The notes below the pieces were generated by a model. The model had not been told where the DNA came from. It saw only the letters and a list, made by a program, of their open reading frames with translations, and did no database searches. Shown here in pieces: positions 20,077-30,523 of a stretch of 64,000 bases of DNA; the stretch's first letter is position 1; each line of letters opens with the position of its first letter. The translations under genes were made by a program, and so were the position numbers. The stretch is from Gammaproteobacteria bacterium (GTDB lineage Bacteria; Pseudomonadota; Gammaproteobacteria; DSM-19610). The DNA is taken from contig JAUXGZ010000001.1 in the NCBI GenBank assembly GCA_030621785.1, positions 6,690-70,689 of the forward strand, written 5' to 3'.

Positions 20077-20382
20077 GCCCCGACCCGTCGAGCTGATCCC
20101 GCCATTCCGATTCTCCTGCGTATGTTCCGGTTACTTTGGTAAATCCGAGTCTAACCCGAAATCCACGCCTGTTGCGGACCTGCAGTAATGTCAGGCCATT
20201 CTGTCAGGAAGCGACAGAAACACCGCCACACGGCTACCGGCATCTGTGGATTTTAGATATACTTTGGCTGTCCGGCAGATAACAAATGCAATGCCAAAAC
20301 GCCGGTGAGATTACCGCCAAAAAGTAATCCAGGATACAAATCCAGTTAACCACAAAACCATCGTGACACGGGAATTCCGACC

Positions 20383-21984
20383 ATGAAAATAATGATGCCG
20401 TTCGTCCATATCCTTGTACTGACGCTTTCGCTGTCCATCTCGCCTGTACAGGCAGTGGAAACCTCGGTGGTCCAGGTGCCGAAGAGTCAACAGGAACTCT
20501 TCCTGGCGGCTGCCAAAAACGGTAACAACAAGACCGTCGAATTACTTCTGGAAGAAGGCATCGACGTCAATACTCCGGACACCGAGGGCGCGACCGCACT
20601 GCACTGGGCCGCGTTCAACGGCCACCCGGACACGCTGCGGATTCTGCTCGACCAGGGGGCGAAGGTCAGCGCCCAGGACAAGGTACGTGACACCCCCCTG
20701 ATCGCCGCGGCGAAATCCGGCCACGCTGACATCATCGCAATGCTGCTGGATCAGGGCGCCAAAACCGATGAGGAAGACAAGGAAGGTGGCACGGCGCTGA
20801 TGTGGGCCGCCTACCAGGGACACCAGCCGGCTGTGAAGCTGTTGCTGGAACGGGGCGCGGTGGTAAACGCCCGCGATGACGATGGTCGCACCACCCTGAT
20901 CGTGGCACTGCACAGCAAGCAGACCGCGACCGCCAGGCAACTGGTCGAGGCCGGTGCCGACGTCAAGGCAAAAGATGAACTCGGTAACTCGCCAGTGATG
21001 GTCGCAGTCTCTAGCGGCAATGCAGAAATCCTGCCACTGCTGCTCGCAAAGGGCGCCGATCCCATGGAGCCCAACCGGGACGGTATACCGGCCGCAATGA
21101 CCGCAATCCAGACCGGCAAGAACGATATTGTACGTGTATTCCTGGATAACGGCGTAAGTGCAGACCAGCCGATGTTCGAAGGCGCTACCGGGCTCATGAT
21201 CGCCGCCGGCAATGGCAACGAGGAGCTGGTCAAGCTGTACCTGGACAAGGGTGCAAACATCAATGCTGTAGATGAGGCACAGCAGACCGCATTGTTGTAC
21301 GCGGCCGACAACGGCGAAAACAGCACCACAGCATTACTGATCGACAAGGGTGCCGACATCAACCACGCCAACCAGTGGCATCGTACTGCGCTGATCCAGG
21401 CAGCGGCCAAGAAACAGCCGGAGGTCGTACAAACGCTGGTGAAACACCAGGCGCAACTGGAAGTAAAGGATTCCATGCAACGCAGTGCCCTGCTGGTCAG
21501 CGCCCAACAGGCAGACCCGAAAACCAGCAAGATACTGCTGGACGCCGGTGCGGAAGTCGACACCCGCGACATGGACGACAAGACGCCGCTCATGTGGTCC
21601 GCCCTGCGTGCGGTCAGGGAGTTGACCGACTCGTTGCTGGAACACGATGCCGATGTCAACGCTACCAACAAGGGCCAGGTAACCCCGTTGATGTTTGCCG
21701 CTTCCGCCGGTAAAACTCACAACGTCGAAGCGATTCTGGCGCAGAAACCCGAACTCGACCACCAGGATATCAACGGTCGCACAGCACTGATCTACGCGTC
21801 TTCCGCCGACCGCCGCGAGGCAACGCTACTGCTGCTGGAGGCCGGTGCCGATCCCAACCTCATCGACCAGGACGATGAAACCGCCCTGTCCTATGCCATC
21901 GAGCTGAAGCTGCCGACAGTAGAAAAAATGCTGCGCGAGCACGGCGCCAAAACACCCGAAGAGCTGGCAGCGGAAACCCCGTAG
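20383..21984 (+). CDS. Secreted ankyrin-repeat protein (~14-15 repeats)
   Basis: Signal peptide (VQA/VE), repeated G-TALxxAA...LLxxGAxVN units through the whole mature chain. Confidence 0.92.
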   Translation: MKIMMPFVHILVLTLSLSISPVQAVETSVVQVPKSQQELFLAAAKNGNNKTVELLLEEGIDVNTPDTEGATALHWAAFNGHPDTLRILLDQGAKVSAQDKVRDTPLIAAAKSGHADIIAMLLDQGAKTDEEDKEGGTALMWAAYQGHQPAVKLLLERGAVVNARDDDGRTTLIVALHSKQTATARQLVEAGADVKAKDELGNSPVMVAVSSGNAEILPLLLAKGADPMEPNRDGIPAAMTAIQTGKNDIVRVFLDNGVSADQPMFEGATGLMIAAGNGNEELVKLYLDKGANINAVDEAQQTALLYAADNGENSTTALLIDKGADINHANQWHRTALIQAAAKKQPEVVQTLVKHQAQLEVKDSMQRSALLVSAQQADPKTSKILLDAGAEVDTRDMDDKTPLMWSALRAVRELTDSLLEHDADVNATNKGQVTPLMFAASAGKTHNVEAILAQKPELDHQDINGRTALIYASSADRREATLLLLEAGADPNLIDQDDETALSYAIELKLPTVEKMLREHGAKTPEELAAETP

Positions 21985-21991
21985 GAGCAGG

Positions 21992-24900
21992 TTAATCCGG
22001 AATCGTGGCGTTGACGTTCTTCTTCAGCGCTGCCGCCTTCCACAGGTAATACAGCGCCGGGATCAGCAGCATGGACACCAGTGGTGCGGTAACCATGCCG
22101 CCGATCATGGGCGCGGCAATGCGCTTCATGACACCGGAGCCGGCGCCGCCACCCAGCATGATCGGTAGCAGGCCGGCGATGATCACCGCCACCGTCATGG
22201 CCTTGGGCCGTACGCGCAGCACGGCACCCTCGACGATGGCGGCGCGCAATTCCTCCAGATTTACGGGCCGGGCACGATTCACGGCCTGGTCCAGGTACAC
22301 CAGCATCACCACGCCGAACTCCGCTGCCACACCGGCCAGCGCTATGAAACCGACCCCGGCAGCCACGGACAGGTTGTACTCCAGCAGGTAGAGCAGCCAG
22401 AAACCACCCACCAGCGCCAGTGGCAACGCCACCATGACCATCAGCGCCTGGGTCATGTTGCGAAAGTTGACATACAACAGCATCAGTATGAGCACCAGGG
22501 TAACCGGCACGATATACAACAGTCGCTGCTGGGCACGCACCAGGTATTCGTACTGACCGGACCAGGTGATACTGTAGCCCGGCGGCAACGTCACTGCCGC
22601 GGCAACCGCCTGCTGCGCCTCGGCAACGTAGGAACCGAGATCGCGGTCCTTGATGTCCACGTAGATCCAGCCATTGAGGCGCGCGTTTTCACTCTTGATC
22701 ATGGCCGGCCCGTCCTCGATGCGCACATCGGCCAGCTCTTCCAGGCGCATGTGTTCACGACCGGGCGCGAACACCGGAATATTGCGTAATTTGTCGATCG
22801 AGTCACGAATGGTGCGCGGGTAACGCAGGTTGATGGGATAGCGCTCGCGACCTTCGACCGTATGGGTGACGTTGGCGCCACCGATCGCGTAGGTGATGAT
22901 GCCCTGGATGTCGGCTATGCTGATGTCGTGCAGCGCCGCACGGGCCCGGTCCACCTCAATATTGATATAGCGCCCGCCACCGACCCGCTCGGAGTACACC
23001 GACGAAGTCCCCGGCACCTTCCCGAGCACCCGCTCGATTTGGGTACCGATACGGTCGATACCCGCCAGTTCCGGCCCGGCGACCTTGACCCCCACAGGGG
23101 TCTTGATGCCGGTCGCCAGCATGTCGATGCGCGCCGAGATCGGCATCAGCCAGGCATTGGTCAGACCCGGCACATCGACTACCCGGTCCAGTTCTTCCTT
23201 CAACCCGGCCACGGTCAGACCGGGCCGCCACTGGTCCCGGGGCTTGAGCTGGATGGTGGTCTCGATCATGGTCAGCGGCGCCGGATCGGTGGCGGTCTCG
23301 GCACGCCCCAGCTTGCCAAACACACGTGCCACCTCCGGAACCGTGGCAATCAAACGATCGGTCTGCTGCAGGATCTCCCGTGCCTTGCCGATGGAAACGC
23401 CCGGCAAGGTGGTGGGCATATACAGCAAGTCACCTTCGTCGAGCGCCGGCATGAATTCCGAACCGATACGGGCGTAGGGCCATACCGCCGTCAATACCAG
23501 TACCAGTGACCCGACCACCACCAGACCAGGGTGCCGCAAAACGGCATCGATTACCGGCTGGTAACCACGCACCAGAACCCGGTTGAGCGGGTTGTCCATC
23601 TCGGGGCGGATGCGCCCGCGCACCAGGTACACGATCAGCACCGGCACCAGCGTGATCGACAGGCCGGCAGCGGCCGCCATGGCCCAGGTCTTGGTGAACG
23701 CCAGCGGGATAAACAGGCGCCCTTCCTGCGCTTCCAGGGTAAACACCGGCAGGAAACTGATGGTGATAATCAGCAGGGAGAAGAACAGCGGCGCGCCGAC
23801 CTCGGATAGCGCCGCCAGAATGACCCCCACACGCTCCTCGCCCGGCTGGCGTTCGAGTTGCTTGTGCACGTTCTCGATCATGACGATAGCCGCATCCACC
23901 ATGGCGCCGATGGCGATGGCGATGCCACCCAGCGACATGATGTTGGCATTCAGACCCTGCAGATGCATCACCGCGAATGCCGCCAGGATACCCACCGGCA
24001 GACTGATCACCACCACCAGCGCCGAACGCAGGTGGAACAGGAACAGTGCGCATACCAGCACCACCAGGATGAATTCCTCGATCAGGCGGTCGCGCAGGGT
24101 CTGCACGGAACGCTCGATCAATCCGGAACGATCGTAGGTCTCGACAATCTCCACGCCTTCCGGCAAGCCCTTACGCAGTTCGTCCAGGCGCGCCTTGACC
24201 TGTTCGATAGTGGTCAGGGCGTTGGCATTCCAGCGCATCACCACGATCCCGCCCACCACCTCGCCTTCACCATCCAGGTCCGCCACCCCGCGGCGCGCCT
24301 GCGGCCCCATGCGCACCTCGGCGACATCCTCCAGTAACAGGGACCGGGCGGTCACCTTGCGCACGAAGGGAATCTTGCGCAGATCCTCCAGGTTGCGGAT
24401 ATAGCCCTTGCCACTGATCATGTATTCCGCTTCGCCCATCTCGATGACCGAACCGCCGACATCCGAATTGGCATCCAGGATAATCTTGCGCACGCTGTCC
24501 AGCGACAGGTCATAGGTAAGCAATTTGTCCGGGTCCACGACTACCTGGTACTGCTTCACCATACCACCCAGGGTCGCCACCTCGGCCACGCCGGGCACCG
24601 TCTGCAACTCGTATTTCAGAAACCAGTCCTGCAGGCTGCGCAACTGGGCAAGGTCGAGACGGTGGCTGCGATCCACCAGCGCATATTCATAAATCCAGCC
24701 GACGCCACTGGCATCCGGACCCAGCGTCGCCTTGACGCCTTCGGGCAATTCCGCGGACACCTGGTCGAGATATTCCAGCACCCGCGAACGCGCCCAGTAG
24801 GGATCGGTACCGTCCTCGAAAATGACGTACACGTAGGAATCGCCGAAGAAAGAATAACCACGCACCGTCACCGCGCCCGGCACCGACAGCATGGCGCTAG

Positions 24901-25108
24901 CCAGCGGGTAGGTGACCTGGTCCTCGATCACCCGTGGTGTCTGGCCGGGATAGGCGGTCTTGATAATGACCTGTACGTCGGACAGATCGGGAATGGCATC
25001 CAGCGGCATGCTGCGCGCTGACCAGATACCCCAGCCCGACAATACCAGCGCCAGCAACAGCACCAGCGGCCGGTTATACACCGACCAACGTATCAGTCGA
25101 TTGATCAT
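21992..25108 (-). CDS. cusA: CusA-type heavy-metal (Cu/Ag) RND efflux pump
   Basis: PLDAIPDLSDVQVII, LGPDASGVGW, Met triad context LLYMPT / PAPLTMIET / WLMPI, RVRPKAMT. Confidence 0.93.
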   Translation of the reverse strand: MINRLIRWSVYNRPLVLLLALVLSGWGIWSARSMPLDAIPDLSDVQVIIKTAYPGQTPRVIEDQVTYPLASAMLSVPGAVTVRGYSFFGDSYVYVIFEDGTDPYWARSRVLEYLDQVSAELPEGVKATLGPDASGVGWIYEYALVDRSHRLDLAQLRSLQDWFLKYELQTVPGVAEVATLGGMVKQYQVVVDPDKLLTYDLSLDSVRKIILDANSDVGGSVIEMGEAEYMISGKGYIRNLEDLRKIPFVRKVTARSLLLEDVAEVRMGPQARRGVADLDGEGEVVGGIVVMRWNANALTTIEQVKARLDELRKGLPEGVEIVETYDRSGLIERSVQTLRDRLIEEFILVVLVCALFLFHLRSALVVVISLPVGILAAFAVMHLQGLNANIMSLGGIAIAIGAMVDAAIVMIENVHKQLERQPGEERVGVILAALSEVGAPLFFSLLIITISFLPVFTLEAQEGRLFIPLAFTKTWAMAAAAGLSITLVPVLIVYLVRGRIRPEMDNPLNRVLVRGYQPVIDAVLRHPGLVVVGSLVLVLTAVWPYARIGSEFMPALDEGDLLYMPTTLPGVSIGKAREILQQTDRLIATVPEVARVFGKLGRAETATDPAPLTMIETTIQLKPRDQWRPGLTVAGLKEELDRVVDVPGLTNAWLMPISARIDMLATGIKTPVGVKVAGPELAGIDRIGTQIERVLGKVPGTSSVYSERVGGGRYINIEVDRARAALHDISIADIQGIITYAIGGANVTHTVEGRERYPINLRYPRTIRDSIDKLRNIPVFAPGREHMRLEELADVRIEDGPAMIKSENARLNGWIYVDIKDRDLGSYVAEAQQAVAAAVTLPPGYSITWSGQYEYLVRAQQRLLYIVPVTLVLILMLLYVNFRNMTQALMVMVALPLALVGGFWLLYLLEYNLSVAAGVGFIALAGVAAEFGVVMLVYLDQAVNRARPVNLEELRAAIVEGAVLRVRPKAMTVAVIIAGLLPIMLGGGAGSGVMKRIAAPMIGGMVTAPLVSMLLIPALYYLWKAAALKKNVNATIPD

Positions 25109-25124
25109 GAAGCCGGTTTATAGT

Positions 25125-26531
25125 TCACGGGCTACTCGGCACGTCAGCAGGTGCGTCCGACTCCTGCGCAGCGCTGCCAAGGCGCAGGAAGCTGGCTCGC
25201 AGACTGCTCTCCGAATCGATGAGAAACTGGCCGGAGACCACCACTTCATCACCCTCCTTCAGCCCGGAGCGGATGTGCACCCGACCACCACTCTCCAGCC
25301 CGGCCTGCACCGGTACCGCCTGGAAACGGCCGTCACCCAGCGCAATAACCACCCGCGTTTCATTTTCGGTGCGGATCAGCGCTTCACGCGGCACGGTCGG
25401 CACATCGGGGATGGGATCCCCGTAAACCTTGATCTTGACGTACATGCCATTGTGCACCAGGGGTTGCGGCACCCGGAATGCCGCCTGCACCGTCACGCTG
25501 CGGCTGGTCGGATTGGCGTGCATACGCGGTTTGTCAATGAAGCCTTCCCAGGGCTGGGTCGGGCTGTGGGGCAGAAAAACCTGCACCCGGTCGCGTGCCC
25601 GTATCCAGGTGCTGTCGCGCTGGAACAGATCCGCCAACACAGTGGCTTCGGCGTCGGTTGTCACCTGCGCCAGTTCCTGCCCGGGTTCAACAGAGTCACC
25701 GGGCTGCACGGCCAGCTTCAGCAGTTGCCCGTCGATCGGCGCACGGATTTCGTAACGCGGCGAGGTCGCGCCGCCGGCCTCAAGTACGGCAAATTTCTCG
25801 TCCGTCCAGCCAAACGCAGCCAGGCGACGGCGCAGACTGGCTGAATCCGGCACGGCAACGCTTGCCGTTATTTTTTCCTCCATCTTGGCATCCGCTGGCT
25901 GATCCTTGCCGCCATCTTCAGCTTCTGCGGCTATCGCCGGCGCCGCATCGTCTTCGGTCGCAAGCCGCGGCTCGGCCTCTTTGGCCACCGCTGCCAGGTA
26001 ATCCTTCTGTAGCTGCTCGAAAGCCGGCATGTCGACAACCAGCAGTACGTCGCCTTTTTTCACCAGACGGCCCGCACGGACAGACACCGCGGTCACCACC
26101 GCTGCATCGGCCACCTTCACGTTTACTTTCTGTCCCGGTTTCACCGCGCGGATAAAACCGGCCGCCGCGACAATGCGTGCCATGGGCGCACGCTCGAACG
26201 GTTCGCTGCGAATAGCGAAGTTATGCATTACCCCGGGGGCCAGCCGCACCACCGGGCCACCGTCTTCGCGGCCGCTTTCCAGGGTATCGTTTGCCACCTG
26301 CACCAGGTCCATGCCGCAGATGGGACAGGAGCCAGGCTCACCGGCGATAATTTCTGCGTGCATGGGACACACCCAGGTGGCGTGCTGGTGGTCGTGCAAA
26401 TCGCCATCGCTGATCGACTCCAGGGTCTGCCCGGTACCGGTTTGCACGAGCACCAGACGGTCCAGGGCAATACCGGCACCAAAAGCGGCGAGCAGGCCGA
26501 TAGCGACCAGAACACGCTGTGCCGAACTCAT
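25125..26531 (-). CDS. cusB: CusB-type membrane-fusion protein with heavy-metal-binding domain
   Basis: HDHQH-WVCPMH...PGSCPICGMDL, VVVSGQFLIDSESSL. Confidence 0.88.
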   Translation of the reverse strand: MSSAQRVLVAIGLLAAFGAGIALDRLVLVQTGTGQTLESISDGDLHDHQHATWVCPMHAEIIAGEPGSCPICGMDLVQVANDTLESGREDGGPVVRLAPGVMHNFAIRSEPFERAPMARIVAAAGFIRAVKPGQKVNVKVADAAVVTAVSVRAGRLVKKGDVLLVVDMPAFEQLQKDYLAAVAKEAEPRLATEDDAAPAIAAEAEDGGKDQPADAKMEEKITASVAVPDSASLRRRLAAFGWTDEKFAVLEAGGATSPRYEIRAPIDGQLLKLAVQPGDSVEPGQELAQVTTDAEATVLADLFQRDSTWIRARDRVQVFLPHSPTQPWEGFIDKPRMHANPTSRSVTVQAAFRVPQPLVHNGMYVKIKVYGDPIPDVPTVPREALIRTENETRVVIALGDGRFQAVPVQAGLESGGRVHIRSGLKEGDEVVVSGQFLIDSESSLRASFLRLGSAAQESDAPADVPSSP

Positions 26532-26609
26532 AAGCTATCCATTTGCATGGCGTTATCTTTCCCCGATTGGCGGGTAATTTTACTATAGGCATAACCATTT
26601 ACCTACCCG

Positions 26610-26646
26610 AAAAAAGAAAAGGCCCGGTCGAACGACCGGGCCTTCT
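26610..26646 (-). terminator. Intrinsic terminator of the SBP56-like gene
   Basis: Minus strand AGAAGGCCCGGTCG-TT-CGACCGGGCCTTTTCTTTTTT. Confidence 0.85.
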
Positions 26647-26699
26647 GTTGCTACCTTCAGGACTGGAACGTCCTTCCGGCTAGTACAGCCTTTCCTTTA

Positions 26700-29510
26700 C
26701 TACCGGTTGACGGTGATGAAGGTGATGGCATGCGGTGTTGCATTACCCGCAAGTTCAGCACGCTGACCGTCGCCGGCACCGTTCTGCGGCCAGGTCTGGC
26801 CGGCATCGCCGAAGTCCATGTCGATACAACCGGTCGGACCTGCACCTGCCACTTGAGCCTTGTTGAAGTCCGGATCCAGATCCAGAGAACCCGTCCAGCG
26901 GTTCAGCTTCATCATGCAGATAGTGTCGTCACCGATGGAACCGGTACCCGGCAGACCGTTACCCGGCTCGCCCGAGATCGGAGCTCCATTACGCACCTTG
27001 ACGTGCGCCAGACCACCGGGGGCATCCACGCCACCTGCACTCCAGACACCCGGCGGGTAGGCATGGCTGACGTCATCGAAGCGACCGAGGCCAAGTGCTC
27101 CCAGCAGCGTATCGATATCACCGGCCGGATTACCGTTCACCTCGTCACCCAGGATGGTGCTGATAGCGAACTCACGCAGATCCACGAAGTAGTGCGAGGT
27201 AGCGGCGTAACGTTCCCGGTCATCGTGGGCCACATAGTGCGGTCCGCCACGGCTGGTCTCGTTGTCCGGGTGATCATCCGCCGTACCGGGCAGACCATCC
27301 TGCCCCAGACCGTCGGTGTACACCACATCGGCTACAAACGGGCAATCGGCTTCACCGTTGTTGGGCCAGTAGTCACCCTTGGGGTTGGAGCCGTTACCGT
27401 TACCCGCCTCCGTATAGGGGTTGTCACCGAAGCGGTCAATGTACGGATGCGTACCACCCACACCCTCGATCGGGTGAACACCTGCTCCGCTGGCAGGACC
27501 TTCAGTACCCGCATTGCCGAACACGTCGATATTCGGAGCAACACCCGTGTTGTCCCAGTGAGCTACCTCTGCAGCGTCACAGGTGTAGCTGTCTCCAGCC
27601 GCCAGCAGATTACGGACACTCAGGGTCACGATACGCATGTCGTGTTCACCCGGGAAATCACGATCGTGGATCGGATCGGCACCACCGCCTCCGTTGGTAG
27701 CCGGATGCTGATCGGTCTGGATACCGGAGATCGGGATCACCAGGTAACGATCGTTACGGGTCACGGTGAACACCGAGGCACCCACGCAGGCGCCGAAGTC
27801 GTAGACGATCTTGAACTCCGGAGCCGCCACGGTGATGTCGGACGAGTAGTAGATCGCGCCACCACACATGGAAGCCACGAAGGCACCCTTGTGGCTCTTG
27901 CGGTTGGTGACCGCCATGGCCATCAGGCCTTCCGGCTCTTCGTGGATCTGGTTTTCCTCGACCCGCGGACCATCAGGCATCTGCGAGATCGCGTACGGGC
28001 CGGCGGCCATGTTACTCATGTTCCAGAAGCGAGCCGTGGTACCCAGGTCCTGCGAGGAGGTTCCCGGACCTGCCCCGGAACCGGTCAGCGCCAGGCTGAC
28101 AGGGTCCGCATAGTCGGAGGCCATCACGATGCCCTGGCCGCCGGCGGCGTTGGACAGGTCGGGACGGATGCCGATACCGTGTGGGTGCGCCAGCAAGCCG
28201 GTGTCACCACCCTCTGCCTGACCGCCACCATCCCTTGCCAGGTTGTTAAAGGGAACCACACCGTCTAGCCGCAGTGCCGTGGAGTCCAGAGTGTCACCAC
28301 CCACGGGCCAGCCATCCGCTTCCTGACCGCCGAAACGGGTCTGCTTGCGTGGCTGGTAACGTTTCGGCCCAAGCATTTCGCCATCTGCAGCGCTGGCATA
28401 CATGGCCGTGTAGCTCGGGAAATTGGTCAGCGACCTGGGACCCACGTTGGTGCCACTGTCAGGGCCAACACTGAAAGTGCCGTGACCGGCAACCGGGGCA
28501 GTGGGAATGGCCACATACTGCCCGACTACAGCCGCCGGACCGGTAGCGAAGCCGTCGAGCTCCACCAGACCACCCGGGGTGGTCAGCACTGGCGGCAGGG
28601 AGGGACGAGAGGAACCACCAATCACCGGATTGTAGGTACCCTTGGCACCCATAAAGGTGGCGATCAGGTGACCACCACCGAAGGGCAGCAGATCATCGGT
28701 ACCGGAAAAATCCGTGACGTCGGCCGCAGCAACAGTCAAACCACACAGATTGTTTTTACTGCGAGCACTGAATGCATCCGCCAGGAAATCCGAGGTATCA
28801 CTGCCTGGAGAAGCCTTGATATTCATCGGATCGGTAATATCACAACCAAAGGTGTTGGCACTGATCAGCCCGGAAGGGTAGATGTTGCGCGCACCGGTGG
28901 CCGGGTGGATCAGGTGCTTCACGTTCATGTGATGCGATTCGTTCAGAATGGATACCGGCGCTACCAGATGCGAGTTGGGATCAGCTGCATTCGGCACACC
29001 GCCCATGATGTCTTCCGGGTCGTTCAGGGTTACACCCAGGAAGTTGGGGTTGGTCGGATACACGCTGCCGGTACCATCTCCACCCACCACCAGGTCGATG
29101 GCGTTGTTGACGAAGTTGACCGATTCGGACAGCAGGTGGCCTTCGTTCAGACCGGTCGGCGTGCTGGCATCCAGCGAAGCGGGCATTTCCGCGGTATTGA
29201 CCACTTCACCGTACTCGGTATCACAGGCACCATCGACACAGAAAGGATCCGCGTTGATGACGGCCACAAAGTCTGCATCCGGCAGCGTACCGTCCGGCAC
29301 ACCGACCAGGCCGTCGAGCGGGCTGACATTGTTACCGTCGAGCATCTGGTCGCCCATCCAGGCAATCAGGTACTTGTTGGGGTGATCACCGAAACCCGGC
29401 AGCGTGCCCAGGGCTTGCGATAGCTGCGGAATGGTCATTGCACCAAACGACAGGGTGGCAGCTACACTCACTGCGATCCTGGATCGTTTGAATATCTTTT
29501 TATCTCTCAT
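26700..29510 (-). CDS. Large secreted SBP56 (selenium-binding / methanethiol-oxidase-like) beta-propeller protein with long insertions
   Basis: Signal peptide, then ordered family motifs YLIAWMGD, DFVAVINADP..YGEVVNT, NESHH, PGGLVELD, HPHGI, SDYADP, GTTARFW, MPDGPR, GGPHY, YFV, GSLDLDPDF, ATPHAITF. RBS AAGGAAG precedes ATG 29510. Confidence 0.7.
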   Translation of the reverse strand: MRDKKIFKRSRIAVSVAATLSFGAMTIPQLSQALGTLPGFGDHPNKYLIAWMGDQMLDGNNVSPLDGLVGVPDGTLPDADFVAVINADPFCVDGACDTEYGEVVNTAEMPASLDASTPTGLNEGHLLSESVNFVNNAIDLVVGGDGTGSVYPTNPNFLGVTLNDPEDIMGGVPNAADPNSHLVAPVSILNESHHMNVKHLIHPATGARNIYPSGLISANTFGCDITDPMNIKASPGSDTSDFLADAFSARSKNNLCGLTVAAADVTDFSGTDDLLPFGGGHLIATFMGAKGTYNPVIGGSSRPSLPPVLTTPGGLVELDGFATGPAAVVGQYVAIPTAPVAGHGTFSVGPDSGTNVGPRSLTNFPSYTAMYASAADGEMLGPKRYQPRKQTRFGGQEADGWPVGGDTLDSTALRLDGVVPFNNLARDGGGQAEGGDTGLLAHPHGIGIRPDLSNAAGGQGIVMASDYADPVSLALTGSGAGPGTSSQDLGTTARFWNMSNMAAGPYAISQMPDGPRVEENQIHEEPEGLMAMAVTNRKSHKGAFVASMCGGAIYYSSDITVAAPEFKIVYDFGACVGASVFTVTRNDRYLVIPISGIQTDQHPATNGGGGADPIHDRDFPGEHDMRIVTLSVRNLLAAGDSYTCDAAEVAHWDNTGVAPNIDVFGNAGTEGPASGAGVHPIEGVGGTHPYIDRFGDNPYTEAGNGNGSNPKGDYWPNNGEADCPFVADVVYTDGLGQDGLPGTADDHPDNETSRGGPHYVAHDDRERYAATSHYFVDLREFAISTILGDEVNGNPAGDIDTLLGALGLGRFDDVSHAYPPGVWSAGGVDAPGGLAHVKVRNGAPISGEPGNGLPGTGSIGDDTICMMKLNRWTGSLDLDPDFNKAQVAGAGPTGCIDMDFGDAGQTWPQNGAGDGQRAELAGNATPHAITFITVNR

Positions 29511-29579
29511 GATTACTTCCTTATGCATTTTGAGCTGGAAACCAACTTATAAAAGTTCGCCCTGTAACCAGGCTTCGTC

Positions 29580-30212
29580 CTATTTTTTTCTGCGCCTTCC
29601 AATACCCACAAATCCTGCCAGTCCGGACAGCAGTAAAGGCAGTGCTGCCGGAACTGGAACTTCAGACGTCGGAATTTCGGCAATTTCGAATGCCCATACA
29701 CCGTCGCCATAGGTCAGGGTCTTGGTCAGCACGAAATAGTCGTGATCCGTTCCGGCTTCAATCGGGGTATCGAAGAAATACTCGAATGAGCCGATCTCGT
29801 TATCCACAACAGCCGTTCCAGTCGGATTGCTGACACCATCATCAGACCAGGAGACTGGGCCGGGGTGGAACGGATCGTAGCCAGAGGGATCGTCTACCCA
29901 GACCAGTTCGTGCCAATCCGTGACCGCCGGACCCTGTGTGATCGTCACGTGCTCGATCAAGGTTACCGTGCCTCCGTTTCCGTCGGTTTCGAACAGCTTG
30001 AGAATAGGCAGCGGATCTGGAAACCAGAATGTTTCTATGTCGATCAGCACAACGTCGCTTGTAGGGCCGATATTCTGAATCTGGAAATCAACCGAATGGT
30101 CCCAGCTCTGGCCGAGCGACTGGTCTTCGTACGCGTCAACAATCAGAGCCTGCGAAGATGTCGACGCCAGCGACAACACCGCCGATGCAACCAGGCAATT
30201 TAATTTGCTCAT
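29580..30212 (-). CDS. PEP-CTERM (VPxPA-CTERM) sorted surface protein
   Basis: Signal peptide, acidic body, C-terminal VPVPAALPLLLSGLAGFVGIGRRRKK. Confidence 0.88.
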   Translation of the reverse strand: MSKLNCLVASAVLSLASTSSQALIVDAYEDQSLGQSWDHSVDFQIQNIGPTSDVVLIDIETFWFPDPLPILKLFETDGNGGTVTLIEHVTITQGPAVTDWHELVWVDDPSGYDPFHPGPVSWSDDGVSNPTGTAVVDNEIGSFEYFFDTPIEAGTDHDYFVLTKTLTYGDGVWAFEIAEIPTSEVPVPAALPLLLSGLAGFVGIGRRRKK

Positions 30213-30397
30213 TGAGTCTTCTCCATTACTTAGGCGTCATAAAACGCTTTTTTATGAATGGCCCGGGAAACCATCTTGATTAGGCATTGAATAACGGTAA
30301 CCTTGCAGATCCCGTCTCCTGTTATCAGCGGTTTGTACATCCCCTCCCGGCTGTACTTATTATTGCTTTGTCCGCCTCGTTTGAACTATCAGGAGCC

Positions 30398-30414
30398 TGC
30401 GACAATTTGTCACA
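30398..30414. promoter_or_regulatory. RegA/PrrA-like box in the leader of the PEP-CTERM/SBP56 unit
   Basis: TGCGACAATTTGTCACA; 13 nt identical to the palindrome upstream of regB. Confidence 0.55.
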
Positions 30415-30434
30415 GCCAGCCGTGATTCTCTGCA

Positions 30435-30450
30435 TGCAAATATCTAGCCA
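30435..30450 (-). promoter_or_regulatory. Sigma-54 promoter
   Basis: Minus strand TGGCTAGATATTTGCA (GG-N10-GC), with an AT-rich, IHF-like tract upstream. Confidence 0.7.
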
Positions 30451-30523
30451 TTATTAATATCTTTTTGATATCTAAGTATCTTCTTCAAAATCGGGCATGG
30501 GATCACTGAAACTATAAGAAAAA

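Noticed and set aside
20383-21984. Ankyrin repeats as a DNA repeat array or CRISPR
   Set aside because: The repeats are degenerate at DNA level and purely protein-level; there is no repeat-spacer structure or cas gene.
26730-29423. Long plus-strand ORFs (512 aa, 313 aa) opposite the SBP56-like gene
   Set aside because: Antisense shadows caused by strong codon bias; no motifs or RBS.
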